A program made the translations under genes and the position numbers. The notes beneath the pieces are model-generated. The model did not search any database. It was not told where the DNA came from and saw nothing but the letters and a program-made list of their open reading frames with translations. Below are positions 17,911-30,399 of a DNA stretch of 64,000 nucleotides, piece after piece (position 1 is the stretch's first letter; the number at the start of each line of letters is the position of its first letter). The stretch spans positions 624 to 64,623 of the forward strand of contig JBLMXQ010000090.1 of NCBI GenBank assembly GCA_050257855.1. The letters are read 5' to 3'. Source of the stretch: Betaproteobacteria bacterium (lineage in GTDB: Bacteria; Acidobacteriota; Vicinamibacteria; Vicinamibacterales; CAVVIG01).

Positions 17911-18989
17911 CGTCCCAGTCCCAGCCGCTGCCGATCATAGCGCCCGGCCTGCACGCGCGCACACCAGTCGCGGTGTCCGAGGTACCACGCGACCGTCTCG
18001 CGCAGGCCGGTCTCGAACGAGTGCCCCGGCGTCCATCCCAGCTCCCGCCGGATCTTCGTCGCATCGATCGCGTACCGGCGGTCGTGCCCGGGCCGATCCG
18101 GCACGAACGACTTCAGCGCGCGGTAGGAGGTGACGCCCTTCGTCGAGAGCGCCGGGTTGCCCGCGGCCGGCCACAGCTCTTCGAGCGTGTCGCACAGCCG
18201 GTCGACGACGTCCAGGTTGGTGCGTTCGTTGCCGCCGCCGATGTTGTAGCTCTCGCCCGGCCGGCCCCGCTCGAGCACCGTCAGCAGACCCGCGCAGTGG
18301 TCGTCGACGTGCAGCCAGTCGCGGACGTGGCCGCCGTCGCCATAGATCGGCAGCGGACGGCCGTCCAGCGCGTTCAGGATCATCAGCGGGATGAGCTTCT
18401 CGGGAAACTGGTACGGGCCGTAGTTGTTCGAGCAGTTCGTGACGATCGTCGGCAGTCCGTAGGTTCGATGATACGCGCGGACCAGGTGGTCGGCGGCCGC
18501 CTTGCTCGCCGCGTACGGCGAATTCGGCGCGTACGGCGTGTCCTCGCTGAACTGACCGCCCGGCCCGAGCGCGCCGAACACTTCATCGGTCGAAACGTGC
18601 AGGATGCGGAACGCCTCGCGCGCGTCAGGCTGCACGCCGTCCGCAAAGCGCCGCGCCGCATCGAGGAGCACGAACGTGCCGACGATGTTCGTGTCGACGA
18701 AGGGCTGCGGGCTGTCGATCGACCGGTCGACGTGCGTCTCGGCCGCGAGATTCAGCACGCCGTCCGGCTGGTGCTCGCTGAAGACGCGGGCCATCGCGCC
18801 GCGGTCGGCGATGTCCGCCTGAACGAACGTCAGCCGTGGATCGTCGAGGGTTCCCTCGAGGTTCAGCAGGCTGCCCGCGTACGTCAGCTTGTCGACTACG
18901 ACGACCCGGCAGGCCGTGTGCGCGAGCGCGCGCCGGACGAGATTGGAGCCGATGAAGCCGGCCCCCCCCGTGATCAGCAGTGTTCGCAT
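17907..18989 (-). CDS. rfbB: dTDP-glucose 4,6-dehydratase
   Basis: [46 protein letters not shown]. Confidence 0.96.
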   Translation of the reverse strand: MRTLLITGGAGFIGSNLVRRALAHTACRVVVVDKLTYAGSLLNLEGTLDDPRLTFVQADIADRGAMARVFSEHQPDGVLNLAAETHVDRSIDSPQPFVDTNIVGTFVLLDAARRFADGVQPDAREAFRILHVSTDEVFGALGPGGQFSEDTPYAPNSPYAASKAAADHLVRAYHRTYGLPTIVTNCSNNYGPYQFPEKLIPLMILNALDGRPLPIYGDGGHVRDWLHVDDHCAGLLTVLERGRPGESYNIGGGNERTNLDVVDRLCDTLEELWPAAGNPALSTKGVTSYRALKSFVPDRPGHDRRYAIDATKIRRELGWTPGHSFETGLRETVAWYLGHRDWCARVQAGRYDRQRLGLGR

Positions 18990-19026
18990 GGAAGGGCCCG
19001 GGACCTGAGCCCTTGGCCCTGAGCCC

Positions 19027-20169
19027 TCATACCGCCGCGCCCTCCGGATACTGCAGGGCGAGCCGCAGCTCCTTCGCGAGCGAGTCCACGGTGGTGCCGC
19101 TGCGCTTCCAGGCGCCTTCGGTCTCGAACCGCAGGTCGCCGATGCGGCGCCCCCACGGCGCGATGACCCGGCCGATGGCGCGGAAGTCGGCCCGGTCGGC
19201 GTGCTCCTGATCGAGGCGGCGGATGACGTCGGGCGCGACGCGGATGAACGCCCGGAGAGCGGACGCCGACTTGATGCTGTACTTGCGCCCGTTCCACGCG
19301 CCGCCGAACACGAGCGCGATCTGCTTGAAGTAGTTGACGAAGAACTTCTTCGCGTCCTCCCGGAAGTCGGCCGCCTGCCGCGGGCTGCCGAGCGCGTCCG
19401 ACGCGAGCAGCTTCTTCAGCTCCTGTGCGAGCGGCGCCTGCGCCACGCGCCCGTGACCGACCCCGAGCAGCTTGATTTCGTCGTACAGCGGCGAGTCCTC
19501 CCGGTCGTTCAGCGCGCGGACGACGTCGTGAGCGGTCGCCAGGTTGTCGTCGCGGTACAGCTGCCGCCCCGACAGGCTGACCAGGTGCGACGCGTTCAAC
19601 CGGGTGTGCTTCGCGTTGATCGTCACGAACATCTGGACGACATGGTCTTCGGGCAGACGGTCGAAGATGACGGCCGGAACCGTGAAGTCCTCGCCGGCGA
19701 AGCGGTCGATGTCGGCGTGCAGGGCGAGTAACCGGTGCTGTCCGTCAATCGCCCGCAGGATGCCCTCGCGCTCGGGCACCTTCAGGATGCCCAGCCGCGA
19801 ATCGTCGGATGCCGGCTGGAACGTCAGCTTCTCGTCGCACGAGATGATGACGGCGCCCGGAATCGAGGGGAGATCGCGCGCCTGCCGGCACTGCTCGTAG
19901 TACTGCACGAGCTCGTCGATCTTCCGCCGGATGATCTGACGCTGGTACGCCTTCTCGCTGGACGCAATCCGCCGTTCGAGCAGATCCCAGTTCACTTTCG
20001 AGGGCGCCGCGCCGGGCCGCGCCTTCCCCCCGCGCACCGGCGGCTGCGAGCCTTCGCCGTAGCTCAGGACCTCGAACCGAACGAGCTTGTCGATGTCGCT
20101 GGCCGTCAGCGAAGCTTGATAGAATTGCACCCCGAACTGCTGCATGCGGATCGCGGCAACGTTGATCAT
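19027..20169 (-). CDS. DGQHR-domain protein (DndB/ParB-Srx-like)
   Basis: YQR, P..VII, IDGQHRL and FVTIN motifs in family order. Confidence 0.85.
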   Translation of the reverse strand: MINVAAIRMQQFGVQFYQASLTASDIDKLVRFEVLSYGEGSQPPVRGGKARPGAAPSKVNWDLLERRIASSEKAYQRQIIRRKIDELVQYYEQCRQARDLPSIPGAVIISCDEKLTFQPASDDSRLGILKVPEREGILRAIDGQHRLLALHADIDRFAGEDFTVPAVIFDRLPEDHVVQMFVTINAKHTRLNASHLVSLSGRQLYRDDNLATAHDVVRALNDREDSPLYDEIKLLGVGHGRVAQAPLAQELKKLLASDALGSPRQAADFREDAKKFFVNYFKQIALVFGGAWNGRKYSIKSASALRAFIRVAPDVIRRLDQEHADRADFRAIGRVIAPWGRRIGDLRFETEGAWKRSGTTVDSLAKELRLALQYPEGAAV

Positions 20170-20225
20170 AGGTTTCTTCAGTCCCGTACGCTCAGGCTGG
20201 CCCGCTACACAGCTCAAAGAGACGG

Positions 20226-20255
20226 ATTGTATCGACCGGACGGCGGCCATCTCAA
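20226..20255 (-). promoter_or_regulatory. Putative sigma-70 promoter of the DGQHR-rfbBAC unit
   Basis: Minus strand TTGAGA-N18-TACAAT. Confidence 0.5.
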
Positions 20256-20343
20256 CGATTTTTTCGCCGCTCCTGCACCGTACCTGCACGAGCGAGCACG
20301 GTCAGTACACGACCTAAGCCTCTCACAATGAAGGAGTTATAAC

Positions 20344-23121
<2,778 letters not shown>

Positions 23122-23161
23122 ATCGAAAGGGCTCGGGGCTCGAGGCGGCAAAGACAAACGG

Positions 23162-23180
23162 TTGCACATTTTGAGTGCAA
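23162..23180. promoter_or_regulatory. Palindromic operator TTGCAC-N7-GTGCAA
   Basis: TTGCACATTTTGAGTGCAA in an AT-rich gap 21 bp before the ATG at 23202. Confidence 0.5.
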
Positions 23181-23201
23181 ATCAAGTAGGTTTTTGAGCC
23201 C

Positions 23202-25409
23202 ATGCTCCGGGTTTCCACGGTTTTCCTGGCGGCCGTGCTGGCCGGCGCCGCCACGGCCAGTGCTGCCGCAGCCGCCGGTGCCGCCGGCGACCGCGAGGTG
23301 AGCGCGGCCAGGGCGACGCAGCCAATCGTCCTCGACGGCGCGCTCGACGATCGAGCGTGGCAGAGCGCGCCGCCGGCGTCCGGCTTCACCCAGAGCGAGC
23401 CGCACGAAGGGGAGCCTGCGACCGAGGCGACCGAGGTACGTGTCCTTTACGACGCGGACACTCTCTACGTGGGCGTGTTCGCCCACGACGTCCACCCGGT
23501 CCTCGTCAACGAGCTGAAGAAGGACTTCGACACGTCGAGCGCGGACGTCTTCGAAGTCGTGCTCGACACGTTCGACGACGGCCGCAACGGCTACCTGTTC
23601 GCCGTCAACGCGATGGGCGCGAAGTGGGACGCGCAGACGTTCAACGAGGGCCGGGACGTCAACAGCAACTGGGACGGGATCTGGCACGTGCGGACGCGCA
23701 TCGTCAAGGGCGGCTGGACGGCCGAGATCGCCATCCCTTTCCGGACGCTCCGGTTCAACGGCGCCAGTCAGCAGACGTGGGGCATCAATTTCCTGCGCCG
23801 CATCCGCCACCGCAACGAGGACAGCTACTGGTCGCCGGTGCCGCGGATGTTCCAGATCACGCGGACGTCGCTCGAAGGCCGCCTTCAGGGACTGCGCGGG
23901 GTGCATCCCGGGCGCGACCTGCGCCTGAAGCCGTACGTGCTGACCAGCAGCTCCGCGGTCGCACCGAGCCCGTCGACCGGCAGCCTGCAGGGCGGCTTCG
24001 ACGCGAAATACGGGATCACGAGCGGCCTGACGTGGGACTTCACGGTCAACACGGATTTCTCGCAGGTCGAAGCCGACGAGCAGCAGGTGAACCTCACGCG
24101 ATTCAGCCTGTTCTTCCCCGAGAAGCGTGATTTCTTCCTCGAGAACTCGGGCGTCTTTCAGTTCGGCACGCCGAACGGCGGCGGCGGCGGAAGCGGCGCG
24201 CCGGGCGGTCGGACGAACGGCCTGCCCGACAACGTCCTGTTCTTCAGCCGCCGGATCGGCCTGTCGGACGACGGACAGGCGTTGCCGATTCTGGGCGGCA
24301 CGCGGCTGACGGGGCACGCCGGCGCGTACACGATCGGCGCGCTCAATATCCAGCAGCGGCGCAGCGCCTCGGCGGCCGCGACGAACTTCACGGCGGTCCG
24401 CCTCCGGCGCAACATCCTGGCGAACTCGGACGTGGGCGTGATGGTGCTCGACAAGCAGCAGCACGGCGGCGGATTCAACCGGCTGTTCGGCGCCGACGCG
24501 AACTTCCAGTTCTTCGAGAAGCTGAACCTGAACGGGTTCGTCTCCAAGACGGCTTCACCGGCGTCGGTGGTCGGCGGCACGGGACACGATCTGATGTGGC
24601 GTGCAGGCACGTCGTACCGCGGCGAGGTGATCGACACGAGCTTCGCGTATACGTCCACCGGCGACCGGTTCGACGACGAGCTCGGGTTCATCCCCCGCGT
24701 GGGGATCGCGCGGACGGATTTCAAGTTCGGACCGCATCTGCGCCCGGCGGCGGTCAGCGGCTGGCTGCGCGAGATCTACCCGCACTACCAGCTGGTCGAC
24801 ATCACGCGGACGAGCGACGGGACCTTCGATTCGCGCTACATGGACTTCCACCTGCCGTTCAACTTCCAGGACGGCTCGTTCATGGAGGTCGGCCACAACA
24901 CGAACCTCGAGGTCCTCACGCAGCCGTTCACGATCAACACGACGCGGAACGTCGTCGTGAATCCCGGGCGGTACGGCTACGACGAGAACTTCGTCACCGC
25001 CACCACGAGCAGCGGGCGCGCCGTGTCGTTCAACGGACGGATCGGCGTCGGCACCTTCTATGACGGCCGGAAGCGCTCGTACCAGGCGGGCACCACCGTG
25101 CGCTTCAGCGCGCGCCTCAACACGAGCCTGTCGGTGCTCCAGAACGTCGTCAGGCTGTCCGACGGGTCGTTCGACACGACCCTGATCACCGGCCGCGTCA
25201 ACTACGGCTTCTCGACCCACGTGTTCCTGAACGCCCTGATCCAGTACAACACCGACATCCGCGAGTGGAGCTCGAACGTCCGCTTCGACTGGATCCATCA
25301 CTCGTTGAGCGATCTGTTCCTCGTGTACAACGATCACCGCGATACGATCCACGGCCAGATGCTCGACCGCTCCGTCGCGGCGAAGATGACCTACATGATG
25401 GCGTTCTGA
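23202..25409 (+). CDS. CBM9-like N-domain plus DUF5916-like outer-membrane protein
   Basis: LDGALDD..W, LDTFDD, WTAEIAIPF, TVNTDFSQVEAD, FFPEKRDFFLE, FFSRRIG, C-terminal aromatic residue. Confidence 0.8.
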   Translation: MLRVSTVFLAAVLAGAATASAAAAAGAAGDREVSAARATQPIVLDGALDDRAWQSAPPASGFTQSEPHEGEPATEATEVRVLYDADTLYVGVFAHDVHPVLVNELKKDFDTSSADVFEVVLDTFDDGRNGYLFAVNAMGAKWDAQTFNEGRDVNSNWDGIWHVRTRIVKGGWTAEIAIPFRTLRFNGASQQTWGINFLRRIRHRNEDSYWSPVPRMFQITRTSLEGRLQGLRGVHPGRDLRLKPYVLTSSSAVAPSPSTGSLQGGFDAKYGITSGLTWDFTVNTDFSQVEADEQQVNLTRFSLFFPEKRDFFLENSGVFQFGTPNGGGGGSGAPGGRTNGLPDNVLFFSRRIGLSDDGQALPILGGTRLTGHAGAYTIGALNIQQRRSASAAATNFTAVRLRRNILANSDVGVMVLDKQQHGGGFNRLFGADANFQFFEKLNLNGFVSKTASPASVVGGTGHDLMWRAGTSYRGEVIDTSFAYTSTGDRFDDELGFIPRVGIARTDFKFGPHLRPAAVSGWLREIYPHYQLVDITRTSDGTFDSRYMDFHLPFNFQDGSFMEVGHNTNLEVLTQPFTINTTRNVVVNPGRYGYDENFVTATTSSGRAVSFNGRIGVGTFYDGRKRSYQAGTTVRFSARLNTSLSVLQNVVRLSDGSFDTTLITGRVNYGFSTHVFLNALIQYNTDIREWSSNVRFDWIHHSLSDLFLVYNDHRDTIHGQMLDRSVAAKMTYMMAF

Positions 25410-26479
25410 GCCGGCGTGCGCGGCGCAGCCCGCCGGGCCAGCCACTGCTCCTCGGCGCGAACCGCTCCGTACATCAGCACCACGAACGCCGCATAGCCGA
25501 CCGCGGCTCCCCAGAGCGGCAGGCGGCCACGCCAGAGCCAGCTGGCGTATCCGTAGACGAGCTCGACGTGTATCCAGTAGACGAAGAGCGAGTGACGGCC
25601 GAACGCCTCGAGCGGCTCGATGCGGAGCCCGAGGGCCGCCGCGACTTCCGCCAGCCCGTACAGCACTGCGAGCGCGAGCATCATGATCCCGACGCGAATC
25701 ACGAACCAGCTCGGCGAGCTGGTCCAGAACGACGACTCGCGGTACAGGCTGGGGCGGGACGCCAGGTAGAACCCGGCGGCGACCAGCAGCACGCCCGCGA
25801 AGCCGATGACCGCGTTCGCACGACGCTCCTCGTGCGCGTCGCGGACGGCGGAGAGCAGCACGCCGGCGACCGCACCCGCGAACACGAACCCCGACCACGG
25901 CAGCATCGTGAAGTTGGTGAAGGCGCCGGACGGCCGGACGTACCACTGCAGGAGCGACGGAAGGCGGTCGATGGCCGTGATTTCGCGGACGAGCGGCGTC
26001 ACGAGGGCGATCGCCGCTGCAGCGACGGCGAACAGCGCCGCGGTCACCGCCTTCGACTCGGACATCGCCCAGACGAGGCCGGAGACGGCGATGGCGGGCC
26101 CCATGACGTTCAGGATGTCGACGCGCAGCAGCTTCCAGGGCGACCCGCCCGGCGAGAGGACGAAAGCCTGGAGGCGGAAGAGGAACGCCAGGCCGAAGAT
26201 CTCGACGCCGCGCCGGAACACGCGGCGGACGCCGGCCGCCCGCTCGCCGGCCCGCCGCGCGGTCGCCGCCGCGGACAGCACGAGCGAGAGGCCGGCCAGC
26301 CACAGAAACAGGGGCGCGGCGAACCCGCCGAGGATGACGGCGTCGCGGAAGGCGATGGTCGATCGCGCGCCGGCGCGCGTCCAGGCGTCGCTGACGTGCG
26401 CCTCGATCATCAGGAGCACGGCGATCGCGCGGGCCCAGTCGATGTAGGCGCGCCTGCCCGCCCTAGGCGCGGACGGCAA
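25391..26479 (-). CDS. DUF1624/HGSNAT-like membrane acyltransferase (start uncertain, TTG assumed)
   Basis: IDWARAIAVLLMIEAH, APLFLWLAG, VDILNVMG, LPWSGF, GRHSLFVYWIH. Confidence 0.78.
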   Translation of the reverse strand: MPSAPRAGRRAYIDWARAIAVLLMIEAHVSDAWTRAGARSTIAFRDAVILGGFAAPLFLWLAGLSLVLSAAATARRAGERAAGVRRVFRRGVEIFGLAFLFRLQAFVLSPGGSPWKLLRVDILNVMGPAIAVSGLVWAMSESKAVTAALFAVAAAAIALVTPLVREITAIDRLPSLLQWYVRPSGAFTNFTMLPWSGFVFAGAVAGVLLSAVRDAHEERRANAVIGFAGVLLVAAGFYLASRPSLYRESSFWTSSPSWFVIRVGIMMLALAVLYGLAEVAAALGLRIEPLEAFGRHSLFVYWIHVELVYGYASWLWRGRLPLWGAAVGYAAFVVLMYGAVRAEEQWLARRAAPRTPAQNAIM

Positions 26480-26873
26480 ACGACACCTGGAAGTCGAGGT
26501 CCTGCCGCAGCGAGTGCCACACCGAGCAGTACTTCTCCCGTGAGAGCGCAATCGCGCGCTCGACCGCGTCCGGCGGCACCTCGCCCTCGAGATCGAGCCG
26601 GAGGGTCATCTTCACGAACCGATGCGGATCCTCCTGGGCGCGATCGCCGACCAGATGCCCCTTCAGCGCTTTGAGCGGATGCCGGCCCTTCGTGAGGATC
26701 TGCGTCACGTCGACGGCCATGCACCCGGCGAGCGCCGCCGCCAGGGCCTCGACGGGCGATGGTCCGGCCGCGCCGGCGCTGTCCAGCGTCATGGAAGCCT
26801 TGTTGACGGTCGCCGAGAAGGTCAGCCCGCCGGTCCAGGTCAGGTCCGCGACGATGGGAGGTCTGTGGGCCAC
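26463..26873 (-). CDS. OsmC/YhfA-like protein
   Basis: GPSPVEAL...LAGC...D and LSREKYCSV two-Cys pattern. Confidence 0.9.
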   Translation of the reverse strand: MAHRPPIVADLTWTGGLTFSATVNKASMTLDSAGAAGPSPVEALAAALAGCMAVDVTQILTKGRHPLKALKGHLVGDRAQEDPHRFVKMTLRLDLEGEVPPDAVERAIALSREKYCSVWHSLRQDLDFQVSFAVRA

Positions 26874-26910
26874 GCGACGATTCTAAGGCCAGCTCGGCCC
26901 GGGCGATGGC

Positions 26911-26952
26911 TTGACTTGTACTATTAATTTATTATACTAGTTCAATCATACA
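26911..26952 (+). promoter_or_regulatory. Sigma-70 promoter overlapped by YtrA-type GntR operator(s)
   Basis: TTGACT-N16-TATACT; AT-rich TGTACTATTAATTTATTATAC and TATACTAGTTCAATCATACA. Confidence 0.7.
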
Positions 26953-26953
26953 A

Positions 26954-27337
26954 ATGACCGTTGTCGCCATCGACCCGCGCGACCCGACGCCCATCTACGC
27001 CCAACTCGAGCGCGGATTGCGCGCGGCAATTGCCACCAGCCGTCTCCGCCCGGGCGACCAGCTGCCAACGGTCCGCCAGCTGGCCGTCGAACTCCAGGTG
27101 AACGCCAACACGGTCGCCCGCGTCTACGCGGAGCTCGAGCGCGCCGGCGTCATCGAGACCAAGCGCGGCGTCGGATCGTTCATCAGCGCCACGCCCGCGC
27201 AGGCGCACCCGCCGCGGGATCGCGATCGGCGGCTGCGCGCGTTCGCCACCCGCATCCTCGCCGACGCCGAAGCGGCGGGTTTCACCATCGACGACATCAT
27301 CGCGACGCTCGATGCGCACCGACAGGGAGGAGCATGA
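26954..27337 (+). CDS. GntR transcriptional regulator, YtrA subfamily
   Basis: PIYAQL, LPTVRQLA, NANTVARVY..LE..G, RGVGSF; short C-terminus, 127 aa. Confidence 0.92.
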   Translation: MTVVAIDPRDPTPIYAQLERGLRAAIATSRLRPGDQLPTVRQLAVELQVNANTVARVYAELERAGVIETKRGVGSFISATPAQAHPPRDRDRRLRAFATRILADAEAAGFTIDDIIATLDAHRQGGA

Positions 27338-28273
27338 ATGGCTACGATTGTCCTCGGTCGTCATTCGCAGGACCCGGGCAGCCGCCCGCGTCCCAACGTG
27401 GTCGCGGCGGCGGTGCTGCTCGGATCGATCGCCCTCGGCGCCCTCGGCACGATCGCGACGCGGAATCCCGCTCCGGTCGTCGTGATGGCGCTCATCGGCA
27501 TCGTGCTGATGCAGTCGCCGCGAATCGCCCAGCAGTGGGAGCGCGCCGTCATCCTGCGGCTCGGGCGGTTCGTCGAGCTGCGGGGAGCGGGGCTCTTCTG
27601 GATCGTCCCGTTCATCGACCGCGTCGACTCGTGGATCGATCAGCGGACCATCACGACGAGCTTCGCCGCCGAACAGACGCTGACGTCCGACACGGTGCCG
27701 GTGAACGTGGACGCGGTCCTGTTCTGGCTGGTGCACGACGCGCAGAAGGCCGCGCTCGAGGTGCAGGACTACGCGCAGGCCGTGAGCTGGGCGGCGCAGA
27801 CCGCGCTGCGCGACATCATCGGGCGCACCGCGCTGACCGATCTGCTGAGGGGCCGCGAGCGGATCGAACAGGAGCTGCAGCAGCTGATCGACGCGCGGTC
27901 GAACCCGTGGGGAATCACCGTCCAATCGGTCGAGATGCGCGACGTCGTCATCCCGAACGCGCTGCAGGACGCCATGTCGCGCGAAGCACAGGCCGCCCGC
28001 GAGAAGCAGGCGCGCATCATCCTCGGGCAGGCGGAGCTCGAGATCGCGAAGTCATTTCAGGAGGCGGCGCGTGCGTACCACGACAATCCGACCGCCCTCC
28101 ACCTGCGCGCGATGAACATGCTCTACGAAGGGCTGAAGGAAAAGGGCGCGCTGATGCTGATCCCGAGCAGCGCGGTCGAGTCCATGGGCATGGGCGGCCT
28201 GATGGGAGCCGCGGCGCTTCAGCAGCAGAGGCTCACGGGCTCCGGACAGAACCCGGCCGGGAACGTCGAGTGA
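27338..28273 (+). CDS. SPFH/band-7 (stomatin-like slipin) membrane protein
   Basis: WERAVILRLGRF, VDAV, AQTALRDIIG, AQAAREKQAR; starts right after the GntR stop. Confidence 0.92.
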   Translation: MATIVLGRHSQDPGSRPRPNVVAAAVLLGSIALGALGTIATRNPAPVVVMALIGIVLMQSPRIAQQWERAVILRLGRFVELRGAGLFWIVPFIDRVDSWIDQRTITTSFAAEQTLTSDTVPVNVDAVLFWLVHDAQKAALEVQDYAQAVSWAAQTALRDIIGRTALTDLLRGRERIEQELQQLIDARSNPWGITVQSVEMRDVVIPNALQDAMSREAQAAREKQARIILGQAELEIAKSFQEAARAYHDNPTALHLRAMNMLYEGLKEKGALMLIPSSAVESMGMGGLMGAAALQQQRLTGSGQNPAGNVE

Positions 28274-28388
28274 GGCGTCGAGCGATGAAGCGGTCAAGGG
28301 GGCAATCGCGATCGCGGCCGCCGCGCAGCCGCCCGCGGTCTGCCGGACGCGGTGGGCCGGCGAGCGGGAATTCGCCAGCCGGAAGGCG

Positions 28389-29162
28389 CTACCGGACGGC
28401 GGAGCTCTGAGGCACTGACGCAGAGCGGGAGCGGGGCTTGAAAATCGACGAGCGGATGGCCAGCCAGACGGCCGGCAGCACGACGAGCGAATACGTCAGC
28501 ATGTGGCCGAACGGGCTGTCGGGGCCCCAGGACTCGGTCCGCTGATGGATGATGGTGCTGTACGGCAGCAGGTGCTGCTCGGCCATCTCATGCACGCCCC
28601 GGATCGTCAGCTGCACCACGAAGACGAACAGGAAGATCGCCGTCGCCTGGAAGAAGAGCGTCAGGTTCACGCGCGAGCCGTACCGCGACCAGAGCCACGC
28701 GACTCCCGCCGCGCCGGCAACTCCGAGAGCCGCCCCGGCCGCGAGGTGGAGCGTCTCCCGCAGCTGCAGCAGCAGAAGGGCCGTCTCCATGCCTTCGCGC
28801 GTGACCATCAGCACGGTGAAGAGGAACACGCCGACGAACGCGCCCGCCGCGGCGCTCGAGGACTGCAGCCGACCTTCGATGTCGCGCTTCATCCGTCGGC
28901 CGGCGCGCCACATGTGGACTATCATCCAAGTGACCGACACCGCTGCGACGATCGCCAGCGGACCGTCGAGCCACTCCTGATTGGCGGCGTTGTAAAGCAG
29001 GTACCCGCCGGCAAGGCTCAGCAGCGTCGCTGTCCCGATGCCCCAGTGGACCGCCCGCGCCAAGTTCGCCTGTCCGGATTTCTTCAGGTAGGAAAGGCTG
29101 ATCGCGACGATCAGGAACGCTTCGAGTCCCTCACGCAGCGTGATGACGAAAGCTTCAAGCAT
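28389..29162 (-). CDS. FTR1/EfeU-family iron permease
   Basis: Two RExxE motifs (REGLE, REGME) and about 7 TM segments. Confidence 0.9.
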   Translation of the reverse strand: MLEAFVITLREGLEAFLIVAISLSYLKKSGQANLARAVHWGIGTATLLSLAGGYLLYNAANQEWLDGPLAIVAAVSVTWMIVHMWRAGRRMKRDIEGRLQSSSAAAGAFVGVFLFTVLMVTREGMETALLLLQLRETLHLAAGAALGVAGAAGVAWLWSRYGSRVNLTLFFQATAIFLFVFVVQLTIRGVHEMAEQHLLPYSTIIHQRTESWGPDSPFGHMLTYSLVVLPAVWLAIRSSIFKPRSRSASVPQSSAVR

Positions 29163-29206
29163 GAACAGGAACCCGGGTGCGCCGGCGTCGATGGCTGATT
29201 CGGTCG

Positions 29207-29228
29207 AAAACGAGACTCAGTCTCAAAA
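29207..29228. promoter_or_regulatory. 7-1-7 inverted repeat, candidate iron-regulator box for FTR1
   Basis: Minus strand TTTTGAGACT-G-AGTCTCGTTTT about 50 bp upstream of the FTR1 start. Confidence 0.55.
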
Positions 29229-29316
29229 TTACAGACCCAGCGTACCCATCCATATCCGACCTGTCAAGTCGGCCTTTGTCTGCGGCCGTAAACCGCCCGT
29301 GCGATAAGCTGGGATC

Positions 29317-30219
29317 ATGAAGTTGGTCGTCGGTTCCTTGCTCGCCCTGCTCGCCTCCGCCGCTCCGATTGCCCGGGCGCAGCAGCCGACGTTCCGCGCC
29401 GGCACCCGGCTCGTCTCGGTCTTCGCCACCGTGACCGACGCGCAGCAGCGGCTCGTGCCGAATCTCACGAAGGACGACTTCGAAGTCTTCGACGACGGCA
29501 AGCCGCAGCCGATCGAGCTGTTCCAGAACGAAGTGCAGCCGATCACGGTGGTGGTGATGCTCGACACGAGCGCCAGCATGACCGGCTCGATCGATCTGCT
29601 CCGCGAAGCCGCCGAGCAGTTCGTCATCCGTCTCCTGCCGGAGGACAAGGGCCGCGTCGGCGCGTTCAACGACAAGATCCAGTTCAGCTCGTCGTTCACG
29701 TCGAACCGCGACGAGCTCGTGAGCGAGCTCGGCGACCTCGATTACGGCAACGGGACGCTGCTCTACGACGCGCTGTCGGCGAGCTTCGACGAGCTGAAAG
29801 GCATCGAGGGGCGCAAGGTGGTCCTGATCTTCACCGACGGCGACGACACCGAGAGCCACACCAGTCTGGGCGACGTGATCGATCGCGCGCGCGCCGAAGA
29901 CGTCATGGTGTACGCGATCGGCCTGGAGAGCAACTACTTCAACGGCGTGCAGATGGTGCGCAGCAAGCCGGATCGCGGGCTCAAGAAGCTGGCCGAGGAA
30001 ACCGGCGGCGGCTATTTCGAGCTGACGCGCACGAACGATATGGCGCCGACCTTCACGCACATCGCCTACGAGCTGCACAGCCAGTACGTGCTCGGCTTCA
30101 CGCCGCCGGTGCTGGACGGCAAAGTGCACAAGCTGTTGGTGAAGGTGAAGCAGCCCGGCATGACGGCACGAGCGCGCCGGAGCTACCTGGCCGCGAGCGA
30201 CCGCACCGATCGGGACTAG
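29317..30219 (+). CDS. VWA-domain protein (Acidobacterial VWFA-related)
   Basis: Signal peptide; FRAGTRLV, DFEVFDDG, MIDAS DTSAS, TLLYDA, TDG, ETGG, QYVLGF. Confidence 0.9.
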   Translation: MKLVVGSLLALLASAAPIARAQQPTFRAGTRLVSVFATVTDAQQRLVPNLTKDDFEVFDDGKPQPIELFQNEVQPITVVVMLDTSASMTGSIDLLREAAEQFVIRLLPEDKGRVGAFNDKIQFSSSFTSNRDELVSELGDLDYGNGTLLYDALSASFDELKGIEGRKVVLIFTDGDDTESHTSLGDVIDRARAEDVMVYAIGLESNYFNGVQMVRSKPDRGLKKLAEETGGGYFELTRTNDMAPTFTHIAYELHSQYVLGFTPPVLDGKVHKLLVKVKQPGMTARARRSYLAASDRTDRD

Positions 30220-30250
30220 CGCAGGCCGCCGGGCCTGCGCGCGGGGGCGC

Positions 30251-30337
30251 CTACGCCAGCATCACGGTGATGATGACGAGAACGAGCAGAAGACCGACGA
30301 CCATCTCCGCCGTTGACGAGAACGTCCATTCGTACAC
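30251..30337 (-). CDS. Putative 28-aa single-TM small protein
   Basis: GTG start: (M)YEWTFSSTAEMVVGLLLVLVIITVMLA*; AGGCAGGTG upstream; below the ORF-track size cut-off. Confidence 0.5.
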   Translation of the reverse strand: MYEWTFSSTAEMVVGLLLVLVIITVMLA

Positions 30338-30399
30338 TGCCGTTCACCTGCCTTTCATCCGTTTAGACGAACGGCTCGCCTCAAAGGTTTAGTCCGCGC

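Noticed and set aside
19027-20169. Dnd phosphorothioation or Dpd defence island
   Set aside because: No dndACDE, dpdA, nuclease or mobility gene in the window
28285-28410. 41-aa Arg-rich ORF after the SPFH gene
   Set aside because: Composition typical of GC-rich non-coding frames, overlaps the FTR1 3' end, no supporting motif
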